A stretch of DNA of 64,000 nucleotides from Eledone cirrhosa (taxonomy: Eukaryota), in assembly GCA_964016885.1 (NCBI GenBank), contig OZ024743.1:300576001-300640000 (forward strand). Reading direction: 5' to 3'. Below the pieces are notes generated by a model that was not told the origin of the DNA, ran no database searches, and saw nothing but the letters and a program-made list of their open reading frames with translations. A program made the translations under genes and the position numbers. Of the stretch, positions 60,651 to 64,000 are shown one piece after another (the first letter of the stretch is position 1; every line of letters starts with the position of its first letter).

Positions 60651-62664
60651 TGTAATTTATGTATTTTCTGTTACCCAAGTAACAGAAAATACATAAATTA
60701 CATTGTTAATAATTTGTACAACCATAATGGAAATTCCAAAATTTCCATTATGGTTGTACAAATTATTGTAAAGTTTGTTAACAAATGTGTTCTCTGTTCA
60801 ACCATTATTGTTGTAACTATCAATTTTCTTTAACGTACTGGCTGAGAAAAGAAACCTACAATGAAAGAACATCTTAAAGTCTACCCAAGCCAAATGTATT
60901 TATTAACATTTCTATCTGCAGGTTCTTAGCAAGCTTACTGGCGCTTTAGTATGGTATTCAATTCTCATATCGTTTTTGATTGATATGGCGCATATATCGC
61001 AGCTATTCATATGTTTTAAACATTAGATAACGATGCATATTAGATGCTGATGTATATTGTACGACAGAATTTAGCTGAAAAATATTTTGATTGAACAAAT
61101 AAAAGAGACATAAAAGAGAGATGTTTGTTGGTTGGTTACTTCGCGTTTCACACGAAAAAAAACAAGTGACAATCGGAAAGTATGTACAGGAATGGGATAA
61201 GAGTATATCCAGGAAAGTTTATTGATACTAATTTTATAACACCAAAGAATAAGAAAGACATACCACCTCTGCTAACCAACCTGACTGCTATTTCTAGCAG
61301 GTTGTGAATCAACCATAAGGGATTCTCTCTCGAGTTCGTTGTCAGTGATGATTGTGTTTCGCGGCCTATGTCTCCGATTCCAACAGTGGTTTACACACGC
61401 ACACACACTCACACGGACACTCACACAGGCACACACATATATATATACACACACTCACACACACACATACACACACTCACACACACACACACACACATAT
61501 ATATATACGTATGTATATATATACCCAAACACACACATACACACACTCACACACACACACATATATATATACGTATATATATACACAAACACACACAAAC
61601 ATACACACACACAATACACACACAGTGTAAACAAGACAATGCATTCAATACAGACGTTTTCTCTTCTGCCGGTCTTCTCTTATGATTTGTTAACCGTGGC
61701 GATGCTGGGTACCTTAGCTAATAGTATATCTTCCACGAAATGTCACATTAGCCAGTAATTAATAACTGAATTCAAGTTTAAAAATCAATTGATGCAATAA
61801 GCAATTTATTGGCTTAAAATGTTAGTCCTTCCCATTAAGCGACAAGGTTTGAATGTGTGGCATTGAAAAGGACAGAGCATTAACATGTGTATTTATGTCT
61901 CGAGTAATTATAACTCTAGTGAATTGTTTATGTTTAGAGCGCATATCAAATTAAATTCTAAGCAGACATAAAGTCCAGGCAGTATATGTACGGCGATCCC
62001 AGTAAATGTTGTTGAAAATTCCATTCGTTTCTGTTTAATTATATCATGAAGCCGCATGATAAACGGAAATATATTGTAAATGTTTAGTGACAAGTTGTCT
62101 ACATGCATGATATAAAGGCTCATTAAAATTTGGTGAAGCGTAAATTAGTAAAGTTACGAATAAATCATAAGTATGAGGAAATAAATGGGACGATGTATAG
62201 TAACGATGTTATAAAACCCACGAGCATTATTGGAGAATTGGTAGGCTCCTGAATGTATCAGACGTGGTTTTAGATAAATTCTATAATGATCCAAATAAAA
62301 GTTTTGTCGGAGCTAAAGTTTTGCATAGGTTTTTTTTCTCTTCAGTGTTGTATTCTTCCTTCAACCACTGCCGAACACATGGCGCTAATTCATTCTGTTA
62401 TTTGTAATCGTCGTTGTGCTGTTCCAACCATAATTCTGTGTACTATGAACATATCCGTGTGCTATTTGATTCACATGATTATGTTACTGATATAGATATT
62501 CAGCCTGGTGAAGCAGAAAATGCCTAACATCCATGTAAATGAAATTTACCTTAGTCATCCTTTCTCCGTTTCCGATACTGCACAAGAGAAAGGCAAAGGC
62601 ATATATAAATTTGCACCAGTGGCGTCGCAACACTCATGTTCATGATTGTGAGCCCAACGCTTTT

Positions 62665-62702
<38 letters not shown>

Positions 62703-62759
62703 TCTTCATCCAGGTCATACACATATAACACATGACATAAGGTATTAATTTAGATATGT

Positions 62760-63170
62760 GTATTATACACGAATACAATACCACGATTTAATTTGTTCGT
62801 CCTTCTGTCTGCTCCATCCTTCATAAATCTCCTTCCGATTTTGTGTTGGTCACTCCTGTCTCTCAGTACAGTGTTGATGTAGTTTTCGTATCTCTTGACT
62901 CAATGTGCCCTTCCTTCTTTCGACTTACAGAACACCATAATAAACAGTATTTCCTCACCATGACGTAATCAGTGGCCTGCGACTCTGATTCTCTGTTGCT
63001 GTATCCAATATTTTCCATTAATGAGGTATTTGTTGTCATACACAGCAAACGTTCAGTGTAACCATGCAGTTGTTTCATCGATGCTTCCGAGATTGTCAAA
63101 GATTCTGATTCAAATGGTGCGATGTACATATTGTCTTCATACTGTTACAAGCATTCCCTGTTACTGCCTT
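62760..63170 (-). mobile_element. Degenerate RTE/RTE-X-like LINE 3' end
   Basis: FESESLTI...QLHGYTERLL (YGSESWT...LDGxYTRML-like) and IQQQRIRVAGH*LRH (RRLRFAGH-like). Confidence 0.6.
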
Positions 63171-63541
63171 TCTGATTTGTCAGGTATTTAAAGATGTTTA
63201 ACCCCCCCACCCCACCCCTAAAAAAAACCAGTCCAACGTTGGATGATTACTGTTTATTTTATTAATTTTTCTTTTTCAAATCAAAACCTGGAATTGGTAT
63301 TGTTTTGCAGATCTACCTACTTCGCTTCATTCTTAGTTCTCAAAAGAAATTCTTAGGCTTGATACACTCCTTCTGTAAGTATTGGTATACCTCAGTAAAA
63401 TCAAAATATCCAACAACCTCTTTTAAAATAGGACATTGATCACTATACTCAGAACACGCAATAAACTGTTTTGAATCAGGTTGAAAAATATTCATAAATA
63501 TTTATAAACATCGTTAGGAACATTTTCGGATACAAAATTGA

Positions 63542-64000
63542 TTAATAGGCTGTGCCTGAAGCAAACACACACACACACACACACAGGTTGACGTTTCTTT
63601 CAAAATTAAAAGCGTCGCCTCTCGTATTAGTTAAGCCTGTTACTGTGTAGTTTTGGTTCTGTGTGAAGTTTGTAAGTCTGATCTCTAGTCTGGATGGGTT
63701 ATTCCATATGTGTGTGAATGTATCTCCTTGTCTTAATTTTATTTTAGATCTCACATCTCTCCAGTCATGTAGTTTATGAATAAATAATGTACTTTTTAAA
63801 GTTGTTTCCGTAATCGGTTTAGTAGAAAACTGGTTGATTAATGGTATTGGCGCGCAATATATAAATTTATAAGTCGGCAGTTCTAATTCTGTGAAAGTTG
63901 TTGGTTGTGTTAATTGTAATCCATCGTTCGGTAGTTTTGATATAGTTTTTAAATTACGGTGTCCGATATACTTTCCAGTATCAACATAAATATCGAAATA
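63542..64000 (-). CDS. Open frame of at least 152 codons entering from the right edge; product unknown
   Basis: Manual translation has no stop from 64000 to 63545: YFDIYVDTGKYIGHRNLK...LPTYKFIYCAPIPLINQ...WNNPSRLEIRL...GLTNTRGDAFNFERNVNLCVCVCVFASGTAY*. Confidence 0.5.
   Translation of the reverse strand, partial: YFDIYVDTGKYIGHRNLKTISKLPNDGLQLTQPTTFTELELPTYKFIYCAPIPLINQFSTKPITETTLKSTLFIHKLHDWRDVRSKIKLRQGDTFTHIWNNPSRLEIRLTNFTQNQNYTVTGLTNTRGDAFNFERNVNLCVCVCVFASGTAY

Overview
AT-rich, microsatellite-dense eukaryotic DNA. It is probably from a coleoid cephalopod, inferred from the tRNA-SINE with a GTCGATAAAATAAAGTACC tail and from the repeat landscape. No host gene could be identified with confidence, and nearly all listed ORFs are microsatellite artefacts. 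Recognisable content is mostly decayed mobile DNA: Tx1/L1-like, RTE-like and CRE-like LINE fragments, four Penelope-like (PLE) RT/GIY-YIG remnants, a deleted mariner, hAT-type MITEs, Helitron PIF1 fragments and five tRNA-SINE copies. The strongest signal is a dense set of type I hammerhead ribozyme motifs (about 15 intact or degenerate copies from roughly 8 sequence families, found by eye). They sit in inverted or tandem terminal repeats embedded in (TA)n, several with no coding sequence. One pair has a retrozyme-like 591-bp tandem layout, and several DNA fold-backs turn at hammerhead stem II. A 152-codon open frame at the right edge may be a Polinton-like capsid gene (speculative). All motifs and coordinates were read manually, with no database searches.
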